Below, one piece after another: positions 39,144-48,667 of a stretch of 64,000 nucleotides of DNA. Each line of letters opens with the position of its first letter. The stretch's first letter is position 1. The notes under the pieces are model-generated. The model was not told the origin of the DNA. It saw only the letters and a list, made by a program, of their open reading frames with translations, and did no database searches. Source of the DNA: an uncultured Methanosarcinales archaeon. Its GTDB lineage: Archaea; Nanobdellota; Nanobdellia; Woesearchaeales; ARS49. Location: positions 1-64,000 of the forward strand of contig CAZWVL010000007.1 in the NCBI GenBank assembly GCA_964637115.1. Reading direction: 5' to 3'. Position numbers and translations under genes: made by a program.

Positions 39144-41873
39144 TTAGTCAGTTGTTTTAATTATGCGCTTAACGTCAATCTTGCCGCTCTCAGAACGCGC
39201 AACATCAACACCGTCTTCACCGTATGCAAACTGGATGATTCTGCCATTTGCATCACGAACCGTGCCGTCATATTCAACACGCAAGTCCTGCATTGCGTTT
39301 GCCAAACGACGGTAAAGATAACCGGACTTTGGCGTACGCAAAGCAGTGTCCATAAGAGCGTCTCTTCCGGTAATTGCGTGGAAGAAAAACTCCTTAGGAT
39401 TAATGCCGTGTTTGAAACCGTGAATGATAAAGCCGCGTGCTTCAGGCGACAAGTCATTGCGCTTGAAACAGCTCAATGTTCTCTCCCTATAGCCCTTCTC
39501 GATACGCTTTCCACGCATAGCCTGCTGGCCAACACAGGCACTCATCTGAATAAGAGAAGTAATACTGCCTCGCGCGCCAGACAAAATCATGACAGCAGCC
39601 ATGTTCGAATCATTTACGAAACCTTTGATAACCTGACCGCAAGCGTTACGCGCCTTGTTCAAGCGCTCCAAGATTTTCAGCTCCAAAGTTTCCCTCATTG
39701 TTCTGCCCGGGAACACTTCCAACTGCTTATTCTTGTAACTCTCAATCATAGCTGCAGCATCTTCCTCGGCCTGCTGCAAAAGCTGGTCAATCTGCTCGCG
39801 CGCTTCCTGCGGCAAGTCCTCATCAGCAATACCTGTAGAGAATCCGCGCTGCAGCAAATACTCAATACCCAAGCGGAAAATCTGATGGATAATCTTGATC
39901 GTCTTGGAAGGACCGTATTCCTTGTGCAAACTTCGCAACAGCAAACCCTCGCCTTCACCACCGATGGCCTTGGTGTCAATAACACCTTCCATCAGCGTGC
40001 CATTCTTGATAACAACCAATTCCCCAGTTCGCGAGTGGCCTTCATAGTTGAAGCCCTCAGGCAATAATGCGCTGAAAATTTCTCTTCCAGTAACTTTCTT
40101 CTTTGAACCAATCTTTCCAAAGTCATTGATGCCAACAGCAGCCAGCAGCATGGATGCCTGCTCGCCTGTCAATTCACCGTGCTTTGTAAGCAAATAATTT
40201 CCGCTGATTGCATCCTGAATGCAGCCAATGACTGAAAGACCATACCTTGGCGAAATCAATTGTGTTTGAACTTCCATCAAAATCTCGGCTTCTGCCCTTG
40301 ATTCCTCAGTCTGAGGAATGTGGAGGTTCATTTCGTCACCGTCAAAGTCTGCGTTGTAAGGGTTACAGACAGCAGGATTAAGCCTTAATGTTCTGCCCGG
40401 CAAGACTTTTACTTTGTGACACATCATGCTCATCCTGTGCAATGAAGGTTGTCTGTTGAAAATAGCGACATCGCCGTCCATCAAATGGCGCTCTACAACG
40501 TAACCAGGCTGCAATTCTTCCAAAGCAGCCTCCTTTGTTTCCTCAGTAATCTTTTTCTTCTTGCCATCAGGCCTGACAACATAATTAGCGCCCGGATAAA
40601 CGCCAGGACCGTTGGATACAAACTTCTTCAAATAAACCATGTTCCATTCATTGACAGTTTCCGGAACAGTGAGCTTCATAGCAATAATCTTCGGAACACC
40701 AACCTCATTCAATGCAAGCATCGGGTCAGGCGAAATGACTGTTCTTGCACAGAAGTTTGTTCTCTTACCAGCAAGGTTATGACGGATACGGCCTTCCTTG
40801 CTCTTAATACGCTCGGTAATCGTCTTCAAAGGCTGACCAGAACGGTGTCTGGCAGGAGGAAGCTGCGCAATACTGTTGTCAAAGAAAGTTGTAACGTGAT
40901 ACTGCAACAAGTCCCACAAGTCCTCAATGATAATCTCCGGCGCACCAGCATTAATGTTTTCGAACAACCTCTGATTTATACGAACGATGTCACCTAACTT
41001 GTGCGTAAGATCGTCCTCAGAACGTTCACCAGATTCAAGAGTGATGGATGGCCTGACTGTGACAGGAGGAATCGGAAGAACTGTCAAAATCATCCATTCC
41101 GGCCTTGCAGTCTTGGAATTCAGACCAAATAATTCAGAATCTTCATCTGAAATCTTTTCCAGGCGTGCCCTGATTTCTATAGGAGAAATACGCTTATCGC
41201 CTTCTATATATGTAGTCGGCTTCTCGATAGTAATCTTTGACTGCTTTGCCTTGCAATGAGGACACTTGCCACCAGTCTTTGAAGAATCAATCAAAGCCTT
41301 AACTGCCAAACGCCTTGCTTCAGGGCCTTCCTCTACCTCAATCCTGTCCAAATGGGCTTTTGCTTTTGCCAATTTCTCAGGAGCAATCATCAACTTTCCG
41401 CATTCACGGCAGGAAGTTTTCAACAACAAATGAATAATTCTGACAAACTTAACGTGAATGACTGAACGCGCCAGTTCAATGTAACCAAAGTGGCCAATGC
41501 ATTCCTTCAACTTACTGCCACAAGTCTTGCATCTCAAACCAGGGTCAATGACGCCCAAACGGACGTCCATAAGTCCACCATCAACAGGATAACCTTCCTT
41601 ATCATACAATTCTGGAGTCACGATCTTGGCAGACGCCATCTTCTTGACCATCTTAGGAGAAAGAACACCGAAAACTACACTAGCAACCTGCTTGAAAACA
41701 TAATGCTGGATTGCTTCCATCCGCTCTCTTGAAAACTGCTCTTTCTCAATTTTCTCTTCCTTTGGAGCTTCAGCTACCTTTTCAGCAGCTTTTTCAGCTA
41801 CAATTTCCGCTTTCACTTCTTCAGCCGCAGGGGCTTCAGTTGTTACCGCTTCTTCCTTTTTCTTGCGTGGCAT
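39144..41873 (-). CDS. rpo1N: RNA polymerase subunit A' (Rpo1N)
   Basis: [32 protein letters not shown]; start MPRKKK after GAGGA. Confidence 0.97.
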   Translation of the reverse strand: MPRKKKEEAVTTEAPAAEEVKAEIVAEKAAEKVAEAPKEEKIEKEQFSRERMEAIQHYVFKQVASVVFGVLSPKMVKKMASAKIVTPELYDKEGYPVDGGLMDVRLGVIDPGLRCKTCGSKLKECIGHFGYIELARSVIHVKFVRIIHLLLKTSCRECGKLMIAPEKLAKAKAHLDRIEVEEGPEARRLAVKALIDSSKTGGKCPHCKAKQSKITIEKPTTYIEGDKRISPIEIRARLEKISDEDSELFGLNSKTARPEWMILTVLPIPPVTVRPSITLESGERSEDDLTHKLGDIVRINQRLFENINAGAPEIIIEDLWDLLQYHVTTFFDNSIAQLPPARHRSGQPLKTITERIKSKEGRIRHNLAGKRTNFCARTVISPDPMLALNEVGVPKIIAMKLTVPETVNEWNMVYLKKFVSNGPGVYPGANYVVRPDGKKKKITEETKEAALEELQPGYVVERHLMDGDVAIFNRQPSLHRMSMMCHKVKVLPGRTLRLNPAVCNPYNADFDGDEMNLHIPQTEESRAEAEILMEVQTQLISPRYGLSVIGCIQDAISGNYLLTKHGELTGEQASMLLAAVGINDFGKIGSKKKVTGREIFSALLPEGFNYEGHSRTGELVVIKNGTLMEGVIDTKAIGGEGEGLLLRSLHKEYGPSKTIKIIHQIFRLGIEYLLQRGFSTGIADEDLPQEAREQIDQLLQQAEEDAAAMIESYKNKQLEVFPGRTMRETLELKILERLNKARNACGQVIKGFVNDSNMAAVMILSGARGSITSLIQMSACVGQQAMRGKRIEKGYRERTLSCFKRNDLSPEARGFIIHGFKHGINPKEFFFHAITGRDALMDTALRTPKSGYLYRRLANAMQDLRVEYDGTVRDANGRIIQFAYGEDGVDVARSESGKIDVKRIIKTTD

Positions 41874-41877
41874 AGTG

Positions 41878-42061
41878 TTCCTCAATACTTATTCTTCAAC
41901 TGCAAACTTTCGGAAAGTTTGATCAAATCGCTCCTTGTCTCGGCTCGAGAAACATTCCATCCGCTGTTTTCTTCGAAAACAGGTTTAATACTTTTCTCTC
42001 GCCTCGACAATGTCGCGAAACTCATGTTTTTGTTTCCTCAATACTTATTCTTCAACTGCAA
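41878..42061. mobile_element. 128-nt hairpin-rich insert (41906-42033) flanked by 28-nt perfect direct repeats
   Basis: TTCCTCAATACTTATTCTTCAACTGCAA at 41878-41905 and 42034-42061; several hairpins between. Confidence 0.7.
41882..42025 (-). CDS. Candidate 47-aa ORF created by the insert; ends with the Rpo2C terminus LQLKNKY
   Basis: MSFATLSRREKSIKPVFEENSGWNVSRAETRSDLIKLSESLQLKNKY*; GAGGA SD upstream. Confidence 0.35.
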   Translation of the reverse strand: MSFATLSRREKSIKPVFEENSGWNVSRAETRSDLIKLSESLQLKNKY

Positions 42062-43840
42062 TCTTGGATAAATACCCAAGCTCTTGAACTCGTCCAAGAT
42101 AAGCTTGAACGCGTATGAAATTTCAATGTCAGAGATTTCAACATTTTCTCCGCAAATCGGACAATATCTTTTGTCCTTGAACTGGTCGTAAATGGCAATC
42201 ATACCACAACCTTCGCAGACCGGCACAACAGTCTTGTCAGAATCAAAACGTTCTTTCAAGAGCAATGATGCGCCGTGCGCGACAAAAGTATCCTTCTCCA
42301 TTTCACCCAATCTCAAACCGCCTTCCTTTGCACGACCTTCAGTCGGCTGTCTTGTAAGCAATTGGATTGGACCTCGTGCACGCGAGTGAATCTTGTTCGC
42401 AACCATGTGCTTCAACTTCAAATAGTACATGTTGCCAACGTAAATCTTCGCTTCAAACATTTCGCCACTCATACCGTTGTACATCGTCTCATTACCGGCT
42501 TCGTTAAAGCCCAACGAGGCAAGCGCTTTCCTGATTTCAACTTCAGGCTCGCCGCTGAAAGTAGTGCCGTCGATAATCCTGCCGCCCAAAGCAGCAGTTT
42601 TTCCGCCAATCAATTCAATCAAGTGTGAAATAGTCATACGCGAAGGAATACCGTGAGGCGAGAAAATAAGGTCCGGCATAATACCTGATGCAGTAAAAGG
42701 CATATTTGATTCAGGCACGATAAGACCAACAACTCCCTTTTGACCGTGGCGTGAAACAAACTTGTCGCCAATCTCCGGAATTCTTTGATCTCTCATTCTG
42801 ACCTGGACCAATTTGTTGCCTTCCTCGTTTTCAGTCAAAACAACAAAGTCAACAACGCCCTCTTCACCGTGTCTAAGAGAGATAGATGATTCACGCCTGA
42901 TGTTTGATGCTAAACTATATTCCTCGAGATTTGAGAGGAATCTTGGCGGAGAAGTTTTCCCAATAATAACGTCCTCTTCTTTCACTTTAGCTTCCGGATA
43001 AACAATACCGTCGCCTTCGAGGAATCTGTAATCTCTTTCTGACTTGTAGCCCTTGACGTCCTTGTCTGGAATGCAGACAGAGTCCATAAGGCCTCCTGAA
43101 TAACGAAGTTCCTCGCTGACTGCTGGCCTAAAGTAAGTGCTTCTGCCAAAGCCTCGCTCGATAGAACCCTTATTGATAATGACTGCGTCTTCCATATTAT
43201 AACCCTTGTAGCTCATGATCGCAACAACAATATTTTGACCGCTTGGGTGCGCGCTGTACTCGGACAATTCGTGCATCATTGTTTGCACTAAAGGCATCTG
43301 AGGATAATGCAGCAAGCTAACATCCATGTCCATCCTGACAGGGAAGTTTTGAGAATAAAGACCAATAGACTGCTTCAAGTTTCTTGAACCAATAATCAAA
43401 CGAGCAGACTGAATATAGTCGCCATAAGGAATAAGAGCGGTGACAATGCCCAGCATAGCCAAAGGAGAAATTTCCAAGTGCGTGTACTCTTGAGTCAAGT
43501 CCTGATCTGAGAACGCGATAAGACAGTTTTCCTCTTCAGCTGCATCAATGAACTCAATGACGCCCTGATCGATAAGGTCAGACCAAGTTATTTCTCCCTT
43601 CTGCAATTGCTTGACGTGCTTATCAGTCAAGGCCGGCATGCCTTCATTGACAACAATCAAAGGCCTTCTGCATCGGCCTCTAGAACTCTCAACACGCACT
43701 TCATCAAGAACTTCATCATAATAAACGTTAACGTTAGTTGATAAAGCGCCAGAACGTCTGTCTGTTCTAACTTTCTTAGCATATTCCTGACCATTATCAA
43801 CATCGCCTACAAACTTGCCGTTCAGGTAAACTTCACTCAT
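42038..43840 (-). CDS. rpo2C: RNA polymerase subunit B' (Rpo2C)
   Basis: GDKFVSRHGQKG, EGGLRLGEME, CEGC..CPIC. Confidence 0.97.
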   Translation of the reverse strand: MSEVYLNGKFVGDVDNGQEYAKKVRTDRRSGALSTNVNVYYDEVLDEVRVESSRGRCRRPLIVVNEGMPALTDKHVKQLQKGEITWSDLIDQGVIEFIDAAEEENCLIAFSDQDLTQEYTHLEISPLAMLGIVTALIPYGDYIQSARLIIGSRNLKQSIGLYSQNFPVRMDMDVSLLHYPQMPLVQTMMHELSEYSAHPSGQNIVVAIMSYKGYNMEDAVIINKGSIERGFGRSTYFRPAVSEELRYSGGLMDSVCIPDKDVKGYKSERDYRFLEGDGIVYPEAKVKEEDVIIGKTSPPRFLSNLEEYSLASNIRRESSISLRHGEEGVVDFVVLTENEEGNKLVQVRMRDQRIPEIGDKFVSRHGQKGVVGLIVPESNMPFTASGIMPDLIFSPHGIPSRMTISHLIELIGGKTAALGGRIIDGTTFSGEPEVEIRKALASLGFNEAGNETMYNGMSGEMFEAKIYVGNMYYLKLKHMVANKIHSRARGPIQLLTRQPTEGRAKEGGLRLGEMEKDTFVAHGASLLLKERFDSDKTVVPVCEGCGMIAIYDQFKDKRYCPICGENVEISDIEISYAFKLILDEFKSLGIYPRLQLKNKY

Positions 43841-45324
43841 TTCTGCACCGCCCTGAGACCAGATGCCTTCAATTGCTTCAAAACATCATCTTCAGGCAAG
43901 TCCTTGCTGACAGTTGCCAGCATGCTGAAATTCTTTCTTAGACCAATATTAGTACCTTCAGGTGTTTCGGATGGGCACAACCTGCCCAAATGAGTAGCGT
44001 GCAATTCTCTTGCTTCAAAGTTTTCCTGAGATGCGCTCAAAGGAGAAACAACTCTCTGCAAATGTGAAAGAGTATTCAGGAAGTTCAGCCTCTGAATTCT
44101 TTGCGAAACACCCTTTCTTCCACCGACCCAGTTGCCGGTAGCCATTGCGCTGTAAATTCTACTTGTTAAGAGCTTGTCACGGATAATGACTTTAATGCTT
44201 GGGAACTTGCCACGCTTCACAATCCTTTGGAAGTTGTACAACAAGTCGCCTATAAGAACTTTCAAGTTCATCCTGAACAAATCAGCCAAAAGATCGCCTG
44301 ACATCTTAATGCGCTTGTTCATATAATGGTCTTTGTCATCCAACGGCGCTTCTCCTCTTGCTACAATAATATACTTCTTGAGCATCTTGCACAAGTTCTG
44401 CGCCTTTGCCAAGCGGTCTTCTTTCTTTGCACCTATGTGAGGCAACAAGTACTTGTCAATAAGCTCAATCATCCTTTCCAAACGAATTTCCCTCGTCTGG
44501 GTGATGCCTATGAGCTTTGCAATCCTGTCCATAGAATCATCCGAGTTTTTGACATCAACAAATTCAAACAAATTGATAAGCACTTCATCAAACTGGCGGT
44601 CTTTGCTGATGGCCTGCATGATTTCCTCATCCTTGATGAGGCTCAATGCCTTGATGACGAGAATAATCGGAACACGCTTTACCCTGGTAAAGCTCAAATA
44701 ATAAATGCCATCCTTCATCTTTTCTACAGTGTGCGGAATCTTGTAAGAGCCTTGTTCAGAGAACAGCTTGCCCACGAATTCAGTAACACCGCCTGATTCC
44801 TCATCCACCAAGAACCTGTTAGCGCCCAAATCTTCAATGTTCACGAGAACTCTTTCCGTGCCATTGATGATGAAATAGCCGCCCGGCTCGTTAGGATCTT
44901 CGCCCTTTTCAATCAATTCCTGATTTGAAAGTTTGTTCAGGTGACAGTAATTGCTGTGCAGCATAATCGGCAGGCTGCCGATCTGAGTAGTAAAGGATTC
45001 TCTCTGCACTTCATTAACGTGCGCTGAAACTTCAATAAAGATAGGAGCAGCATAAGACAACTTTCTCAATCTTGCTTCTGCCGGGTAAATGCTCCTCTTG
45101 GAACCATCAGCTTCTGTTATTTCCGGCTTCGTCACCCAAATCTTGTCTAGGCGGATTTTGAAGCTTTCCACGTTTGGAGGAATGATTGTAGGCTCGATTT
45201 CCTTGTTTTCTTCAAGAACATTATTGAGCTCCTTTTCAGCAAAATGATTGAAGCTCTCAATGTTAGACTTAACAAAACTGTTTTCCTCAAAAAACTTCTT
45301 GATGAGAGTTTTTGCTACAGTCAT
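43837..45324 (-). CDS. rpo2N: RNA polymerase subunit B'' (Rpo2N)
   Basis: GGYFIINGTERV, DKDHYMNKR, GRLCPSETPEG. Confidence 0.97.
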   Translation of the reverse strand: MTVAKTLIKKFFEENSFVKSNIESFNHFAEKELNNVLEENKEIEPTIIPPNVESFKIRLDKIWVTKPEITEADGSKRSIYPAEARLRKLSYAAPIFIEVSAHVNEVQRESFTTQIGSLPIMLHSNYCHLNKLSNQELIEKGEDPNEPGGYFIINGTERVLVNIEDLGANRFLVDEESGGVTEFVGKLFSEQGSYKIPHTVEKMKDGIYYLSFTRVKRVPIILVIKALSLIKDEEIMQAISKDRQFDEVLINLFEFVDVKNSDDSMDRIAKLIGITQTREIRLERMIELIDKYLLPHIGAKKEDRLAKAQNLCKMLKKYIIVARGEAPLDDKDHYMNKRIKMSGDLLADLFRMNLKVLIGDLLYNFQRIVKRGKFPSIKVIIRDKLLTSRIYSAMATGNWVGGRKGVSQRIQRLNFLNTLSHLQRVVSPLSASQENFEARELHATHLGRLCPSETPEGTNIGLRKNFSMLATVSKDLPEDDVLKQLKASGLRAVQK

Positions 45325-45560
45325 GCCACCACCCGTCTATAAAAGTGAGTATATCCCGCAGTCGGACTCTTTCGTGAAATCTTGATGATATCGCCATCTT
45401 TCACGTCAAGATGCTGGATTGAAGGATCGGTCTTGAAAATTCTCGGAAGATTAGGAAGTTCAATTGAGTATTTCTCAAAAAGCTCTTTCATCTCTTTCTC
45501 CGAGAGCTTTGCGTGCTTAGGTACAAGCTCGTGTTTTGTAACATCAAATTTTGCTGCCAT
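45321..45560 (-). CDS. rpo5: RNA polymerase subunit H (Rpo5)
   Basis: HELVPKH, LPRIFKTDP, GDIIKISRKSPTAG. Confidence 0.95.
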   Translation of the reverse strand: MAAKFDVTKHELVPKHAKLSEKEMKELFEKYSIELPNLPRIFKTDPSIQHLDVKDGDIIKISRKSPTAGYTHFYRRVVA

Positions 45561-45572
45561 TTTTCAGTATAA

Positions 45573-45689
45573 CGGGCCGGACGGGAATGTCAACCATGGG
45601 CAGGAAGCCCATGACTTTTGAACCCGTGACCATCCGCTTTCTCTCTTGCGATAAAAGGCGGATGCTCTACCAGACTGAGCTACCGGCCC
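45573..45689 (-). tRNA. tRNA-Lys(UUU) with two introns (45639-45651 at 37/38; 45587-45616 at 59/60)
   Basis: Acceptor GGGCCGG/CCGGCCC, D-arm GCTC/GAGC, anticodon arm TCCGC-CTTTTAA-GCGGA, T-arm ACGGG-TTCAAAT-CCCGT after removing both inserts; both fold as BHB motifs. Confidence 0.9.
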
Positions 45690-45920
45690 TTGATTGTGCT
45701 TCACTCGAATAGCGATATCCGTATAGTCTGGTATGAATGTGAAAGAATTTTGAGATTTTTGACCCCATTGTGCGCACTACCCTGTAACAATAGAACCTGA
45801 GGGAAAGGAGGGGGTTTATAAAGGTTACGGTTTTTAAGGGCGTTATACATAGGGGGCAGATAATTCTAAACCCTTTTTTGTGCAAAATTGCCGGGGTTGG
45901 CTTGAGGAGTATCTTAGTGC

Positions 45921-47009
45921 TCAAACGTCGGCACGCGTAAATGCTTGATACGCTTCCTCGATAAAATTCTTTATTTTCTTTTTAAATAATTTCCGATCAA
46001 AACGGATAGCGTTTTTTCTGCAATCTTCGGCTGAAAATCTCATTCGTTCAAACTTGAGAACGGCTTTCGCTAATTCTCCTGCTGTTTGCTCATGGAAAAA
46101 ATGTCCTGTTTTGCCTTCAGTAACAGTCTCTAATAGTCCTCCTTTGGCGTATGCGACAACCGGCCTGCCGCAGGCCTGGGTTTCTAAAGGAGTTATACCA
46201 AAATCTTCTTCACCCGGAAATATGAGCGCCTTGCATCTCCTATAATAATCTCTGACTTCATTGTCAGGCAATCTTCCCAAAAACTTGATATTCGCATGAG
46301 CCATGTTTTTCAAACGAGACGCTTCAGGTCCATCTCCGATAATTATTAGCTGTTTTCCAAGGTGATTAAACGCCTTAACGGCAAGGTCTATTCTTTTTTG
46401 AAGCTGAAGTCGAGAAACAATAAGGTAAAAGTCCTCTGCCTTGCCTTTCGGAGTGAAAAAATCAACATCGACAGGTGGGTAAATAACAGTCGAATCCTGG
46501 TGATAGTGTTCTTTGATACTATTTTGGGTATTCTTTGAGTTGGCAATAAAATAATCAACGTTTTTTGTTTGCCGAAGATCCCATTTTTTTAGTCGTGAAA
46601 GCGTCCATTTAACCAGCGGACGGATGACCGGATTCATCCTACTTAGATACGTCTTGGGCATTGTGTATACAAATCTCATAGGGGTATGGCAATAACAAAT
46701 GTGGCAAGTCCGAGGAGGTTTGTTAATGTTCTTAGAAAAAGCTGCTGAACTGCTCAAAATCATATCGAAGTCTGACAAATCCAGACTTTCTGTTGCCCGT
46801 GGATACAGCGGAAGATACACGTAATGGTTTTTTCTTGAAAAAGGGAGCTTTTGAGCGAAACTTGTCCTGATTTTTGCGTCTGGAAAATATTGCTTTTTGT
46901 GGATCAAGGTGAAAATTGGCGCTTGAGGGTAGAGTTCATGGAATATCTCCAAAACTCTTTCACCGCCGCCAAATCCAGTCAGGAAATCATGTACTAGAGC
47001 GAGTTTCAT
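45921..47009 (-). CDS. Family 4 glycosyltransferase (WbaZ-like)
   Basis: GGGERVL, YCHTPMR, EDFGITPLETQACG. Confidence 0.92.
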   Translation of the reverse strand: MKLALVHDFLTGFGGGERVLEIFHELYPQAPIFTLIHKKQYFPDAKIRTSFAQKLPFSRKNHYVYLPLYPRATESLDLSDFDMILSSSAAFSKNINKPPRTCHICYCHTPMRFVYTMPKTYLSRMNPVIRPLVKWTLSRLKKWDLRQTKNVDYFIANSKNTQNSIKEHYHQDSTVIYPPVDVDFFTPKGKAEDFYLIVSRLQLQKRIDLAVKAFNHLGKQLIIIGDGPEASRLKNMAHANIKFLGRLPDNEVRDYYRRCKALIFPGEEDFGITPLETQACGRPVVAYAKGGLLETVTEGKTGHFFHEQTAGELAKAVLKFERMRFSAEDCRKNAIRFDRKLFKKKIKNFIEEAYQAFTRADV

Positions 47010-47039
47010 GTTGGAAGGTGTTTTTGTGTTGTAAATTTT

Positions 47040-48623
47040 TTATTTGGCCAGATCATTTTCTAATTCAACATAATTATAGTAGATTATAAAGGGAATTGCC
47101 ATTACTGTGGCGAATATAAAATGCAGCCCATGATGGAAAAAATAGTCAAAAAGATTATTGATTGAAAAGGCTAAAAAGCTAGCGAAGGATGCCAACACCA
47201 AAGGAATTTTCCTAAGCTTCAAACAGCAAATTATGAATAAAAACATTATAGACAAAAACAAAAGCAAGACAAACACCCCTCCTTCCAACCCGATCTGCAA
47301 ATAAAGATTATGAATATGACTCTTAGAAAACTCCTTACCCAATCCATACATTATTATCATCGATTCATAATTTCCAGGCCCGATTCCAAACCAAAGGTGG
47401 TTTTTAATCATGAGCAAAGCAGTTCGATATGCTTTAAACCTCGCCGAAACGCCAATATCTGCTGCAGAGAATTCCGCCTCCTGAAATGCGCCCGAGGGTG
47501 TTGTTCCGGAAGATGCTTCTTCTGGAACTTGAACTAAACTCACACCACTCGCTTCTATATTCTTTTGCACATCAAAGCCGAAACGATTTGTTAGTGTTCC
47601 ATTTAGAATAAATGGACTAACTGCGATAAACAAAAACAAGAACGCAAAAGCTACCTTCATTCTCATTTGTTTATTGCCTTTTACAATATGATATGCCGAA
47701 AGTAAAAGAAAAACAATACTAAATGACAATATTGAAGCTCTTGAAACTGATGAGAATAATGCGGCAAAGCATATTAGAAAAGCTAATGAGAGAAAAAAAT
47801 ATTTCATCATGTTTTTCTGATGAAAAGACAATACCAGAATGAAAGGCAGGACTAAGTTCAGAAATCCTCCCAAAAGATTAGGTTGATCGAGCGTTCCATA
47901 TCCTCTGATAAAATCATCATTTACGACATACTCAAGTTCAATATTCACAGGATTCGTTATACCAAAAAAATGCTGGTGCATTGCCAAAACTGAATTAAGA
48001 ACTGCAAAAATAATCAGCCACTTAATAGCTCTCTTTACATCAAACTTCCCTAAGAGCATCAACATAGAGATGAGACCAAAAAACTCTATCATGTGTATCA
48101 AAAAGCGGCTATTTGAAGAGAATGTTTTTTCCAAGGCCAAAAAAGGGCTCTGAAAAACCGATAAAAAATAAAAAATGCTAGTCAAAGTCACAAATGTGAG
48201 AAAAAAGATTATTGCTGTAAAAGTTGTCCAGAATAATGGCTTGTCTTTAACTTTGAAATATTTCTTTCTAAATAGAAACGCGATATAAAGACCCAACATA
48301 ACAGGTAAATTGACAATATATGCCAAAAATATACTTTTGTTTAAAATCAGGATATTTTTATTAACGCCAAATACCGCAAAAAAAATAACAATAATCACGC
48401 CATTTTCAACCTTCAAAAGAGTCAGGATGAAAATAAGAATAAGAAAAGGTATGAAAGAATACAAGTTGAGCGGAGACAATATAATAAATATTGAATAAAG
48501 AATGGCGGCAATAAATTGCAGTTCATTCAAATTAATTTTTGTTAGCAATGAATTTATCCAATTTTTTTCATCGCATAAGTTTAAAGGATGAACCTTATTA
48601 TACCCCGCTTGTGAATCTCCCAT
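47040..48623 (-). CDS. O-antigen ligase/polymerase (Wzy_C) family membrane protein
   Basis: Many TM helices; RGYGTLDQPN, SRAS, FGIGPGNY, HIHNLYLQ; start uncertain. Confidence 0.85.
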   Translation of the reverse strand: MGDSQAGYNKVHPLNLCDEKNWINSLLTKINLNELQFIAAILYSIFIILSPLNLYSFIPFLILIFILTLLKVENGVIIVIFFAVFGVNKNILILNKSIFLAYIVNLPVMLGLYIAFLFRKKYFKVKDKPLFWTTFTAIIFFLTFVTLTSIFYFLSVFQSPFLALEKTFSSNSRFLIHMIEFFGLISMLMLLGKFDVKRAIKWLIIFAVLNSVLAMHQHFFGITNPVNIELEYVVNDDFIRGYGTLDQPNLLGGFLNLVLPFILVLSFHQKNMMKYFFLSLAFLICFAALFSSVSRASILSFSIVFLLLSAYHIVKGNKQMRMKVAFAFLFLFIAVSPFILNGTLTNRFGFDVQKNIEASGVSLVQVPEEASSGTTPSGAFQEAEFSAADIGVSARFKAYRTALLMIKNHLWFGIGPGNYESMIIMYGLGKEFSKSHIHNLYLQIGLEGGVFVLLLFLSIMFLFIICCLKLRKIPLVLASFASFLAFSINNLFDYFFHHGLHFIFATVMAIPFIIYYNYVELENDLAK

Positions 48624-48667
48624 ATTTTTAAATAGAAAAATGTAAGCTTAAATATTTATCGGGGCAC

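Noticed and set aside
39161-44796. Long plus-strand ORFs (for example 39378-40067, 40449-40997, 44326-44796)
   Set aside because: They are antisense shadows of the rpo genes with no motifs of their own.
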